A stretch of 58,839 bases of DNA, the filler included, from Dugesia japonica (Eukaryota), in assembly GCA_001938525.1 (NCBI GenBank). It is 5 parts of 5 records of this genome, joined end to end, with 100 filler letters (N's around TTAATTAATTAA, not from the genome) between each part and the next. Parts side by side here need not be neighbours in the genome. Positions count along the whole stretch, not along the records: positions 11,785 to 21,192 come from MQRL01311473.1; positions 21,293 to 29,796 come from MQRL01633855.1; 3 more parts are not named here. One strand, written 5' to 3'. The position numbers and the translations under genes are program-made. How positions within the stretch are numbered: position 1 is the stretch's first letter; each line of letters begins with the position of its first letter. The notes below the pieces were generated by a model. That model saw only the letters and a list, made by a program, of their open reading frames with translations. It was not told where the DNA came from and made no database searches. Positions 12,326-25,401 of the stretch are shown one piece after another.

Positions 12326-15300
12326 TATTACTCAGTGAAGTCGAATCCAGACATTATTGATTAGTTTAGGTAAATTTTGTTGACGTTTGTCGGTTGCAGG
12401 TGATTTTTGGTTGATAATTTGTGCGGTGAGGTCAAAAAGAGTCAATTTGGTTATGAATTTCTTTTCTATGATAAACTTTGGACAATCCTAGTAAACTATT
12501 TACACCTTAGGGTCAGTTTTATGTGAATTTGAATGTTAAATTCCTTGAATTGTTCAGTTTTGGTTGTATGTTTACGAAAATATATGTGATAAGTCGAATT
12601 TGTTTAAATTTTCAAATTCTTTAAAGATAATTTAAATTTTTTGTGGTTATTTGGGTGAACAATTCATGATGTTTAAATAATATGAAAGTTTTTAAATTTA
12701 TTTTAATGAAATATTTATGGAATCTGGGTAAACATATTAAATTTCGAAAATTTTTGAGAAATATTTTTATCGAGATTTTGACATTAATCGATTCAAAACG
12801 GTCGTTGAAAATATTTCAAACTAAAATTTAATTAATTATGCAAGTAATAAATATCCAAAATCAAAAAAAAGTTTATTATTTTTAAAAGAAATTATTTCAA
12901 TCTATATTTTTAAATTTATTTACATTAGAGAAAAATATATTAACATGAAAATTTCTATAACTTCTTGAAAGAAAATAAGATTCTTTCAGTTAGCATGACA
13001 CTATGCCAAAATTAAATCTGATGAATCAAAATTAATACAATCTTGCTGCAGGACATAGCTGAAATTAATTAAGAAAAACATGATTGTTTCTCAATATTCA
13101 CGCTCAGAAACAGCTCGCAATAAGACATTGCATTAAAATCATCTATTGAAATTTACGCATTATATCAAAGAAACATCATTACATCTGTATGATGATATTC
13201 AAAATTACACGTTTTGGTTGAATTCCCATGTGTAGCACAAAGATTGCAGAACAAGCAGCCTATTGAGTTTACTGTAAACTCACATTGTTTTGTGACATTA
13301 GTATTCTAAAAACATGATAGGCACATTAATTTTATTAATCATTATTGTATTTGGATTGCCATAATTATAATACACATACAGTTGGCCTTATCTAGATTGT
13401 TATGAGTTTAAAATGAAACTCCTATTTGTAAATCATCGAAATCATCATTTCTTAAATAATTTTAATAAATTTCATATTGATTAATTATGGCCGATATATT
13501 TTGTTAGTATTAAAATAATTTAGCCTTAGAAAACATTNNNNNNNNNNNNNNNNNNNNNNNNNNNNNNNNNNNNNNNNNNNNNNNNNNNNNNNNNNNNNNN
13601 NNNNNNNNNNNNNNNNNNNNNNNNNNNNNNNNNNNNNNNNNNNNNNNNNNNNNNNNNNNNNNNNNNNACGGCTAACATAACTAATTCAAAGTTCTTCAAT
13701 ACAAAGATCCACGAACTAATGTTTTCAAAAGTCTTTTATAATTCAAGTATTATGTAATTTTTAAATTAAGTAAAATTTCTAAATATTGTTAACGCATAAT
13801 TTCTTTATTTGGTTTAAAATTTATCCGCAGAATACTATTTCCGAGAGAAATATTATTTTCCCGACTACTTTTTAAGAATCAAAATATCATTTATAATAAT
13901 TATCTTATTTCTTACCATTATATTTTAATTTGAGATTATCCCAGTAGGGTTGCAGATAGACTTGTTTGCTGGATTCGGATTTACTGAATGATTGTAAATT
14001 CACTAAATCTTTGTTTAGAAAAATATTTTAAGTTAAATCCCATTAAAGTAAATAATTTTCCTATGAACTTATAGAATAACTAGAGTTCGAATATGGAGGA
14101 CTAAAATGCGATTGTAGGGTTTGTTTTTTATAAATTAAACGGATAATTTAATATAAACATTGGTATTATCCTAATACAGTCCACGGTTTTCTTCTGTTCT
14201 ACACAAACTAAATTTTGTTAGGACAATAGACGTATAATTCAGACGAAATTATTATCAAAATATAGCTATGAAAAGATCACAAGATTCATTAAAAAAATGA
14301 TATTTGAGTAATTTGGATAAGAAGCATATTTTACATATAAGTTGCTAATGTAAATAAATGTTTATCTTCAGCTAGAAATAACAATGTTGTCACAATTCCA
14401 ATTATTTACTTGAAACTACTAATAAACGCATATTTATTCATCCTTTATTTGATAGTTGATCACGGAAAAATTCGCCTCCAGGAGTAAAACGAATTTTTTT
14501 AAACAAAGCCGTAATATATAAGAAATTATTTTCGAAATAATTATTAATTCTCTTTAATGCAACTTTGTTAAATATTACACCGAAAATATACTTAATTTTG
14601 ATCAATATTTATACTGGTTTTTCAATATGCAGAAAACGGGGTAAATGCGATTATTTTTGACAATTTTTAAAATAATTTTCTTCTCAAATCAGAACGAAAC
14701 ATACATTATTCAAATAATTTCTGAACATTTATTGAAAATAATTCATATAATCGATTGAATAAATGAAGTATGATAAATTGATTAATTTTCAATGTGTAAT
14801 TTGATTAAAACTATGTTTTTGTAAAAATTGAATAATGTTTTTTGGAAAAAAAGTTTAAAGGTAATTTTGAAAATAAATAAGATTTCATGTAAATATTTTT
14901 ATGGTTAAATTTGAAATTTTTATTGTTAAATTAAAATTATAATATGAATGTTTATTAAGTACTGATAAATTTTGAATTATTTTGAAAAATAAATTAGATT
15001 TCATATAATTATATTTTATTGTTATATTAAAAGTATAATAGGAAATCTATTAATCATTAAAAATTTTGAAATAATTTGCGATTATCTATTTAAAATATTG
15101 CAAATAATTTGAATAATATTGATTGAATAAATTAATTATGATGAATTTAAAAATTTTCAAATAATTATCAGTAAAAGTATATACAACTGGAATTTTAAAG
15201 AGTAAAATACTATAACTTTAAACATTTTTAAATAAGATGTGAAAATTTAAGCTTTTTTATAAATAGATGCTTTTCATTGGTAATACTTTATAAAATTTAG

Positions 15301-16899
15301 GCTTTTACAATTAAAAATTAATTATAAAGCGGAAAAGCCTTTACAATTTATGGTTTCAAATTCAGTAAATACTAAACTAAATAAGGATAATTCTAAAATT
15401 AAATTCACTTAATCAAAAAAGGATTATTTTTATTTTCAACTACTATATTGCAATTTTTATTCGTATGTTATAATTTTTTAATGTATTGAATATGCTTAAC
15501 GATAATTCTTCTTTGATTGAATGCAATTTCTTAAAGATTTAATTAATTAATTAATTTGAAAGCTTAATTAATAATTGGTTAGAATTTTAATGATTGAATG
15601 AATTTTATATGTTTAAAATTTATGATTTGTTGGTTAATAAAACGATTAGAATGTCTATTTTCAAAGGAATGTTCTATTATAATTGTAAATAATTAACCGG
15701 TTATTGGCTGTTAAGCATAGATTTAGAGTGAATTATAGAGTTGAATATATGAGATAAGAGATGAATAAATTCAACCATTAACTGAGTGATCAATGGCTTA
15801 ATAATTCGAAAGGGTAATTGAATAAGTTTAAGCTGATGAATACTTTATAGATCGAATTAATTAAGTTAATTTATAAATATCTAGCTGTTCCCCTAGAATA
15901 TTAACATTTGAAATCCTTGTTTCTTTTAAGTTATTATATGAATGAATTGATGAGTTATAAATCTTGTTAGTATTAGATTCATTATTTTCATGTATTTATT
16001 TCTTTAAATGATATTAGAATGCTACGAGAGTGGTATTCATATTGCACTAATCTTGCACTAGTTTTGTACTCATATTGTACATGCAATGAACTCATACTGT
16101 GTATATAAAACATCATATTGTGCATTCATCTTGTATACTTCATGTAAATTTCAAATTCCTTTGACATACATCATGTAATTTTTAAATAATTTTCACATGC
16201 GTAGTGTAAATTTTAGATAGAATTATTTGACTCCTCGTAAATTTTTAAAATATTTGGAGACCTCTAGTCATTATGAGATTTATTTAGCCATTATCGTTAC
16301 AACGAATTCTACTGTTACTTAGAATTTTGAAAAATTCATCGACTTCAGGTAAATTTCAGATAAAAGTATTTGACTTCAAGTAAATTAGAAAATACTATCT
16401 CACTTTTGTTTCATCATTCGTTTCATCTCACTAGTTCTCTTACAATAAAAAGTTTTTCCAACTAAATACACGGGGAAATTTAAAAACAGATAATAAATTT
16501 TGACAATAAATTAATCCAATTAGATCATTTATGTACAAAATATATTTTGACAACTAAAAAGCTTAATAAATTTAAAAACAAATTATCCTTTAAAAATCAA
16601 ATTTCACTAATAAGATTAATCTAATGACATAATATTTTCCCAACTAAATACTCTGGGAAAATTTAAAAACAGTAACACAATATTACCTAGTATGATACTA
16701 TTTTGAATTTTTTAAAACTCAACATAGCCGCGATTTTGAATTTTTTAATAAATGCAATAGGAATGCAGCTCAGATGCAACAGACATACACTAAAATTACG
16801 TGCCTGAGAATTTTTATTAATAAATGCAATAGGTATGCAACTAAGATGTCATGAGAATGCAACACAAATACACTGAAAATCACAAATTCCTAATTGTTT

Positions 16900-19809
16900 A
16901 ATGCCTATAAATTTTAGACTGTCCCACCCTATGCAAAATGTCAAAACTGTCCCATCTAAAGCAAAAATAATTTTTAAAAAATCAGTAATGTCTCAATCTC
17001 TTAAAAATATCAAGACTACCATATCTCTTACAAAAATATCAAGACTGACCCATTTACTGCAAAAAATCAAGTCTGTTCCATCCTATTCAAAATATAGTGA
17101 CTGTCNATATCATGCAATAATATCANAATATTAAGACTGCCCATACCATGTAAAATATCAAGACTGCCCGATATCTTGTAATAATATAGAAACTGCCCAT
17201 ACCATACATAAATACCATGTAAAATATATGCACAAATATCAAGAATGTCCCATATTATACATAAATATAGTCTTTTCAAAAGAAATTTAATTAAATTTAA
17301 TTAAGTTTAATTAAAAATTTCCCCGCACCAAAAAATAAATTTTTAAATTTCCCGCCAAATATTTTTTAAATTTCTCACCAAAAATGTTTTAAATTTTTCC
17401 CCAAAAAAGTTTTCAAAAATATCAAGACATCTTCACACATCGAAAATTTTTAAAAACAACACTTCCCTGTTCAATAATAATCAAAAAATACTCAAAAATA
17501 CAAAAAATATACTGATGGTCAAATTTTTTGACACACCTATTATTTTTATAATCGATGCTTAATCAAAACACTTTTATAATTTATTTTGTATGGATATAAA
17601 ATTCTTTTTTAAAATATCTTAAAATCTTTTAATTAAATATACTTGTTTATTCAATATTTAGTAAATTTTGAATATATGTAAAAGTCAAATTTTTTGACAC
17701 AGCAAGTTTAAAATTTATTAAGTAATTTTTTAAGTTTAAATACAATTTAATTTCAAAGTATGTAAGATTTTACTCCAATAAGGCAAAAAATATTTGAAAG
17801 AAAACTGGCCATTCAATGGAGAACAGAAGGGCTTAGTTATTCGGTCATTGGGACAAGGTTGAATATTACACGCGATGCAGCCTGCAATTCATGCGTTTAC
17901 AGATTAAAAAAATTAGGATGAAGACAGGGTCGAAGTAAAAAATGGATAGCGCGTCTAAGTGGCGCGTAAAAAGGTAGATTTGTGTTTTTAATGAAAGCAA
18001 AGAAAAGATATATGCAACGAAATTAATAGAAGAATGTGATTGAGATGCATCAAAAAAGACCGTATTTAAAGAAAATTGATTTTATATACAAAAGAATGTT
18101 ATCCCAAATCCATTTGACAGCCGTCAAAAAGCAATTACGTATGCAAGGTACAAGATCATGGATTTCGATAAATCATAATTGGGATCTCACAATTTTGTCT
18201 GATAAAAAGCAGTTTTTTTTGGATGGTTCAGATGATTACAGATCTTATGTACACAAATCATCGCCAAGTTATTGTATTAAGAGGCAATGCAAAGGTGGAA
18301 GCGTCACGGTATGGATGATGACAATGCCAAACGGTCTGCTGTGTTTCAAGGTCCTGAAAAGAAAAGATGAAAAAAGAAAGATGAATTCTGATGAATACAT
18401 TAAGCTTTTGTCAGAAAGTACTGTGCTTATAATAAAATTAAGTTATGGAGAAAATTGGTGGTTCAAGGAGGATAATTCTTCGGTGCACCAAAGTAAGAAA
18501 GGGTAGGAATTCATGATAAAATCAAGTATATCAGTATAAGAATAGCCAGCAAAAGGCCCAGATCTGAATATTGTTGAGGACTGCTAGAAAATAATTTCAG
18601 ATATGGTATACGATGAAAACCAGTTCAATGGTAAGGATGGTTTAGTTGAAAAAATCACTGCGGTCATAAATCGTCTTAATGTCAACAAGCGATACAAAGT
18701 TATTGAGTTAAACAAGTCAATTAGATGTCACTTATGTACAGTATTAGAAAAGCATGTTGATCTTTACAATTGTTAAGTTTTTCCTATAAATAAATGAGTC
18801 AAAAAAATTAACTTTTAAATAAATTCAAAATTTACTAAATATGACTATATTATATAAACAAGTATATTTAAATAAAAAAGTTTAAGATATTTTAAATAAG
18901 AATTTTATATCCATACAACATAAATTATAAAAGTGTTTTGATTAAGCATCGATTATCAAAATATTAGGCGTGTCTAAAAATTTGACCATCAATATACTCA
19001 AAAATACTTTATAATAATTCATAAATTTAAGCAAAATACAGCATTTTTACTTAAAATAAAGATTTCGAAAGATTATGACGTCATAATCATCTAACAGAGA
19101 CATGTCAAATAAATCTTAAAAAATTTGATAATTAACTGTCTTTCCACCCATACCACTCTTTAACTCCTGAAAATTTTGTTTAACACTTTTATACTGCTTG
19201 CAAATATCAACTAATCAAATTAAAGCTCTCAAAATCAAAAATCAAAGCGCATTTGACATACAAATATTTTCCATCACATTACCTTTCCAGCCACCCATCA
19301 ACCAACAAAATCCATCAGCCCACTACAAACATACAGCCCACCAAAAAACTCCCCACAATAACTCATACGACTGTGCCAGTGCGTCACCACACTTCAAGCA
19401 AAAACCATCCATCCAATATTATAAGTCCTATAGACCAAATTCTTGTCCAACAACAAACAAATCTTAAAAACTCAAAAACAAATTATTTCCAAGATCTCCA
19501 GCTCACACTAGAGTCCAAACTCACTCTTTCACACACACAAACGCAAATTGACTTACTTTTTAAAAACCACCTTAACAACCCAAAAACACAAATTTAAAAA
19601 TACACACACACCACCAGGATCGAAGAAATATGATTCGATCAAAAAAAAATTTGATCTGATCAAAAATTCTTTGATCTTAAAAATCTTAGAAAAAAACTAA
19701 CCAAAAAATAATAGCACAATCGTAATGTGTTTCTGAGCCCCCCTCCGAGGGAGGGAACACTCCAAATATGTCATGCGCAATTGTTCCAGTGTACCACTAT
19801 CCTTCTACT
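16900..19809. mobile_element. Non-coding Polinton-type terminal region (right end at 19809), interrupted by a Tc1
   Basis: The reverse complement of the end is AGTAGAAGGATAGTGGTACACTGGAACAAT, matching the terminus family at 23312/23486/44246. GATC(T)GATCAAAAA repeats at 19620-19680 match the reverse complement of 29700-29750. AAAATATCAAGACTGCCC tandem repeats at 17000-17250. Left boundary unknown. Confidence 0.6.
17510..18994 (+). mobile_element. Defective Tc1-like element with long IR/DR terminal repeats
   Basis: About 190-200 bp TIRs, each bounded by GTCAAATTTTTTGACAC-type direct repeats, TA-flanked. Transposase motifs ILSDKKQFFLDG, GGSVTVW, FKEDNSSVH and PAKGPDLNIVE. Confidence 0.92.
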
Positions 19810-20250
19810 TTCATTTGAGACCATCCCCCATTGGCATCTTGATATATAGTCTGACATTGCGAACAAAAACTCTCCTATCCTTGAAAGTTCACCAACATTG
19901 TTATGAGCTGCTCCTTTTCAGAAATTTAGATCAAAATTAAATTATGTTGATTTTTTTCATTTTTGGAACTGAGAACTAATGGGCTTATCAGTCTTCGTCA
20001 TAAAATTCAATGCTTTATGATACGTTCTTGCTCTGCCCATCCAATTACTCTAAATCTAGCATCAGTGTCCAAAATCGTTTTGTCCCTATTATTTGGAAAA
20101 GTCATGATTCGAGTACTATACAATTTTATCTATAAAGATTGGAAACTATCCTCACATTCCTTTGTTTATTCAATGTTCTTTTCTTGTCGTGTTGTCGTTG
20201 CATACAATGGTGCTGTAGGTAAAGCAAATACTTTTATAAAATACCTGTAA
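19810..20250 (-). mobile_element. Gypsy RT-RNase H relic
   Basis: Minus-strand TAPLYATT..ECEDSFQSL..TILDTDAR..IG and KGAAHNNVGELSR. Confidence 0.6.
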
Positions 20251-21192
20251 TAATTTGTTAATGCTAAGAATAGAAATCAGAACGTAATCAGCGCATAAAA
20301 TTTTCGATTAATCAAATCGCAGAATTTCTTGTTTAGTTACGTAAAGTCACACACATAAATTTTACAAAATCAAATCGCTGAAACCATGTGTGCAGTTGAT
20401 CAAATTTCTCTACAAAAAAATTTTTATCGGGTAGGTTATTGGTTAATAATAATAAATCCAAAATATAATTAAATTGAAAACTTGTATTTTATAAACTATT
20501 ATCAGTTACTGTTTATAGAAAAAAGTAAATTTCAATGTTTAGTTATTTACAATTGCATTTATTACAAACATTAGTAATCTTATTTATTTGAAGAATATTT
20601 ATTTTTACATAGAGGAAAGTTTCTGAACGTCAATGTTTCTTTTTATAATTAATTTGGTAAATATTTATTTCATGAAAATTTATTTACTAAACATCATTAT
20701 AATTTAAATAATATTAATGAAATAACTAATCATTTACATTGAAAAATTATATGTAAAAATAATATATATATATGTATTGAGAAATTTAAGAGAAAAGATT
20801 AAAATTTAGCATTTAATTTTGATATTAAAGCTCAATTTATCGGAAATACAAGCTTTCAAATTAATGAGAAATTTTTTTCAAATAAAAATCCAAAATTTAA
20901 ATAATTTAATTGAATCCAGCTATTTCAATAATTCACTAAAAACATCTTCAAAACATGGCTAATTTTTTCAATTTTATCAAAATTGAATTTAAAATTTTTG
21001 TAAAATCTCTTTTCATTTTAAATTAGAAATATTAATATACGATAAAATAATTATTCATAAATGTAATAATGAAATTCGTTGATATTACCTTCATAATACT
21101 TTCATTATCATTAGTTTTCTTCATGGGAAACTACCTAGAAATAGCCAATAATGTCAAGGAATACACTAAATTCACTTTAGAGAATCAATTTG

Positions 21193-21292
21193 NNNNNNNN
21201 NNNNNNNNNNNNNNNNNNNNNNNNNNNNNNNNNNNNTTAATTAATTAANNNNNNNNNNNNNNNNNNNNNNNNNNNNNNNNNNNNNNNNNNNN
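21193..21292. other. Artificial contig spacer
   Basis: 44 N + TTAATTAATTAA (21237-21248) + 44 N. Confidence 0.95.
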
Positions 21293-21858
21293 ATTATAAT
21301 AACAATCAAACAGATGAAACAATAAATATTGATGAAAAATATGAACTGTTGGATTTTATCGATACTATTGGTGACGAAAATGTTTCTGTAGATAGTCAAG
21401 TTNNNNNNNNNNNNNNNNNNNNNNNNNNNNNNNNNNNNNNNNNNNNNNNNNACGAACGTATGGAAATGGATAGCAGATCAATTTATATTGGAAATGTTGA
21501 TTACGAATCAACTGTTAATGATCTTGAAAATCATTTCAAAGGATGTGGAATCATTAAAAAAATAACTATTCCAGTCAATAAATACACTGGATTTCCCAAA
21601 GGATTTGCATATATGGAATTCGATAGTGCAGATTCTGTCGAATTATCAATGGTTCTTGATGAGAGTGAAATNNNNNNNNNNNNNNNNNNNNNNNNNNNNN
21701 NNNNNNNNNNNNNNNNNNNNNNNNNNNNNNTCAATAAAAGTCGATTAGTTTCAAAGAAGAATTTGATTAAAGAAATAACAAACGAAGGCAAATTCTCTCC
21801 GAAATCTCTTAAAACAGGATATAAAGGAAAAAGAAATAACAGATTTACTCCATATTAA
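21293..21858 (+). CDS. PABPN1: Nuclear poly(A)-binding protein (PABPN1/PABP2), 5' end missing or uncertain
   Basis: RRM: MDSRSIYIGNVDYEST..LENHFKGCG.IKKITI..NKYTGFPKGFAYMEF..SVELSMVLDES. C-terminal RFTPY resembles the conserved PY tail. Confidence 0.85.
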
Positions 21859-22139
21859 ATTTTACTATTTTTCTTTGTTATTTTTAGTTATGTATTTTCT
21901 TTAATTATTATGTTATATTAACATTTCAATATATTTTTTATATATTTGAATCAAATTTAGTGATGTGGAATAAATAATAAAATCGAATTAATAAAAATAA
22001 CTCATTCAATATTTATCATAGCAGCGGTTATTTAGTATATATATAACCTTGTCTACATCTACCTTGTCCACTTTTAAACTAATACTGTTCTGTTGATATA
22101 AATTTGAATCTCCTTTTTGAATATTTTATAAATTATAAT

Positions 22140-22490
22140 ACATGCTAGTGCAGTCAAATCGTACAGACATTGTAATGCGACTATTATACTCATTACTTAA
22201 CATTTATTCCATCAAAGAAGAAGTCATTTGACACGTAATTTAAATGTACAATACTTGGTTCTAATTAAAAATTCAAGAGATCAAACAGTTGTTGGTTTTC
22301 TAGCAAGAAAAGCTTATGCTAATAATAGAAAATTTCTTATTGAATAATTTCAAGATGCAACAATTAATCCACATGGTTATATTTTCTCGACTTTTCACAA
22401 CAATGTCCACACGAACTGAGGATGAGAACCGATATTTTCAATTCTGAAGGTGTTACTGTGTATAAACAAACTAAGTAATTATTATACTTT
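22140..22490 (+). pseudogene. Packaging ATPase C-terminal part
   Basis: LFHQ..RNLNVQYLVLIKNSRDQTVVGFLARKAY..FQDAT..PHGY..ELRMRTDIF. Confidence 0.75.
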
Positions 22491-23148
22491 TAAAATGACA
22501 AAACTTGAGAAAATATTAGTTGATCAAATCAAAAGTATTCCTAAAATGAAGAAAAATAAACTATCAAAAAAGCGTATTGTAAAAAAGAAAAAGAGTGAAA
22601 AGAGGAAACAAACTAAACAGCTGAACATTTTAAAAAACTTTCAAAACTGTATGGTAAAAAATTGTCGAACGTAAACAGAAAATGGAAATCATTATAAATA
22701 AATAAGGGTAAGCTATATTATTAAAATATAAAATGAAAATACAACGAAGTATTTCATTTTTATATCATTAATTCAATCTACAAAATCGGTGAGAATGTAA
22801 ATTTTTTTATGGATGATTTAATTGAAATTATTATAAATATTGTTCGTGGAAATGTAAATGTGAGTAACGCTAGAAGAAAAGTATTGAAAAAACATAAAAG
22901 AACACTATTAACACTTGTAAATACAAAAAATTGAAAATTGATAAGGCGAGTAATACGAAATAGTCAAGGAGGTGGTTTTATAATAGCATTACTACCAATT
23001 GCATTAGCAGCATTTGAATTAACTCATTTTAAATAAACAATTGTTGATTTTATAGAAGCATTATAATGATAAACTGATTCAAAATAAACAATAGGCGGTT
23101 TACAATCATTTCCTAATTTTGATTTAAAATTTTCAACTAATTGTTGTA

Positions 23149-24336
23149 ATGAGCAAACTAAAGACAATATGGACGGATGCAAAAAATCCCGTAGGTTTGC
23201 GTGGCGTAGAAAAATTGATGAAAGCAGCACAAAAAACAAAAACAAAGACCAAAAAGTGGTTTTCGAAAATTTCGTGGTTTTTTGTAGAACAAAAAATTTG
23301 AAGTATAGTATAGTAGATAGATACGTGCAATACTGGAACAGTGTATTTAGTTGGTTTTTAAAACAACCAAAATAGGTTGAAGAACAAAAATTTGAATAAC
23401 AAAATATTGAATAACAAACCCCTTCTCCCCTGTTTTTCTTTTTGTCAAGACAAATACAACTGTTCCAGTGCGCACGTATCTACCTAAACAAACCAATATT
23501 GAAAGGATTTCCAACAAGAGAATATAAGGCGTTTGGTATTGACGATTTATGGCAAATGGATTTGATGGAGATGATCCCGTATTCAAAAATAAATAAAGGA
23601 TACAAGTATATTTTAACATGTATTGATGTATTCAGTCAATTTGCAAGAGCTATTCCAGTCAAATCAAAATCATCTAATGATATGGAATCGGCAATTAAGT
23701 CAATGTTTAAAGATGGACATCGGATAATTTGCAAACTGATTTAGGTAAGGAACTTTACAATTCTTTTATCACATCTAAAAATAAACCATTATACTGTATT
23801 CTCTCAGTATAAAGCGGCACATTTTGAGAGATTTAATCGAACATTAAGAGATGCTTTGAAAAAATACTTTTGCATACTGGTAATGAAACCTGGATAAATG
23901 TGTTGACAAAATTTATTCATAGTTATAATCATTCAAGCCATAAAGGTTTAAACAATGAACTAAAACTATGGTTATCGCGTGATCAAAATAAAGCAAAATA
24001 AAACCAAAATATAAAGTCGGTGATCAGGTTAGAATCTCAAAAATAATTGAATCTCCATTCCTTAAAAATTTGATAGTAATTGGAGCGATGAAGTGTTTCA
24101 AATAACAAAAATCAATACTTAACAAAATCCAGTTATGTATGTAATTAAAAATTATTAGAATAATATCATACAAGAAAAATTTTATGAGCAAGAATTACAA
24201 GTCATTCTACCTCCTACTATATATAGAATCAGAAAACTATTAAAATCGAAAGGAACAAAAAAGAATAAACAATATCATGTAAAATGGTATGGATATCAAA
24301 ATGCAACTTGGATATTAGCATCACAGTTAGTTAATA
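23149..24336 (+). pseudogene. Polinton retroviral-like integrase with C-terminal chromodomain
   Basis: IDDLWQMDL, YKYILTCIDVFS.FA.AIP.K.K, QTDLGKE, ERFNRTL, KYKVGDQVRI, FYEQELQ and YHVKWYGY..TWI. Interrupted by the 23312-23486 insertion and by frameshifts. Confidence 0.9.
23312..23486. mobile_element. 175-bp mini-element with Polinton-type TIRs
   Basis: Left AGTAGATAGATACGTGCAATACTGGAACAGTGTATTT; right (reverse complement) TAGGTAGATACGTGCGCACTGGAACAGTTGTATTT. Splits the integrase between KYS and LNKP, which are contiguous (EYSLNEP) in the 32609-32800 paralogue. Confidence 0.8.
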
Positions 24337-24906
24337 ATGACATCAAATAATTTCTTTACACTTTTACCTAGTGATAGCTGTTTTCTTATTCATCCGAATA
24401 ATAATGCTAGTACGTTCATTGTAGAGTTTCAAAATTCGATTTATATGAATGGTAATTGGCATTGTTGGATTTTACCTTTGTATATCAAACATTTCCATTA
24501 TATAGCAAGTCTAAAATTCAATACATGTCTACAAAAAATATATTAAATGAAATAACTGTTACAATTGATCACAAACAACAATCCTTGAGTGTAAGTAAAA
24601 ATAAAAATAGTAATGCCTATGTAGCGTTTAGTGGTTATTTAACTATTAAATGTGACTATCCTTATGTTGCCATATTTGAAAAGGAAATAATTGCAAATAA
24701 ATTAGTGTTCTCATATAAGATTAACCAAATGAAACCCGGATATTTTCCTATTCTGTGTTCAGCATATAAAGAAGATTCGCCAATAGAATATGTAAAATTT
24801 AAAATAGAATATACTCTATTAAGTTATCATACTATACAGTTGACAGATGAATTAAACAGAACAGAAATTGAAGAATTAAGTAAATATTTAACAGAAAGTG
24901 GTTCTG
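24337..24906 (+). pseudogene. Polinton minor capsid (penton)-like N-terminus
   Basis: MTSNNFFTLLPSDS..HPNNNASTF..I.MNGNW/ALLDF matches the F..LPS.S..P.N..S.F..L.G.W.VAL start of this family. Frameshifted and truncated. Confidence 0.65.
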
Positions 24907-25212
24907 AATAGTATGTAAATGACGGCTTCTCGTCAAGGTTGTAACCTTCCTTTACATACATATATGTCTTGGTATAAAATAATGTATAATGAATATAAAT
25001 AAACAACTTCTCGTGAAGCCGTCATTTACACACTACTTGGATTGATGGTTTGAATTTTTGAATTTTAAGATTTTTAGACTTAGATTTTGATTTTAGATTT
25101 TTTGAATTTTGAAAAACATATTAAAATTTCAAAAGAGATGTTGATGGCCAATATGAATCTTTAATAAAACGATTTGATTGAACACAAATAAAAAATGAGT
25201 TAATACAAACTT

Positions 25213-25401
25213 AGAGTATGGAAAAAAGTATAGAATTAAAGTATAGAATTATGTAAATACAGTATGGAATTAAGAGAAAACAGTATGCTGTTAAATTTTA
25301 TATTNACAAAGAGTATGGATAAAAGTATAGAATTAAAGTATAGAATTATGTAAATACAGTATGAAATTAAGAGAAAACAGTATGCTGTTAAATTTTATAT
25401 T
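25213..25401. repeat. Tandem duplication, about 97-bp unit x2
   Basis: AGAGTATGGA.AAAAGTATAGAATTAAAGTATAGAATTATGTAAATACAGTATG... at 25213 and 25310. Confidence 0.9.

Larger units (their letters stand above)
22140..24906 (+). mobile_element. Polinton/Maverick fragment A (ATPase, small ORFs, chromo-integrase, penton)
   Basis: Gene motifs listed separately. Same gene order as, and clear homology to, 32360-34114. Truncated at 24906 by another element's terminus. Confidence 0.85.

Noticed and set aside
13020-13440. Cys-rich multi-exon gene on the minus strand
   Set aside because: One plausible exon (CEFTVNSIGCLFCNLC), but the splice phases could not be joined consistently.
17000-17250. Repeat-spacer array of AAAATATCAAGACTG
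   Set aside because: The intervening sequences are related to each other and irregular, as in an ordinary degenerate subterminal tandem repeat.
19198-19597. ORFs 19198-19467 and 19253-19597
   Set aside because: Strand-biased C/A-rich low-complexity terminal sequence. The ORFs overlap and have no motifs.
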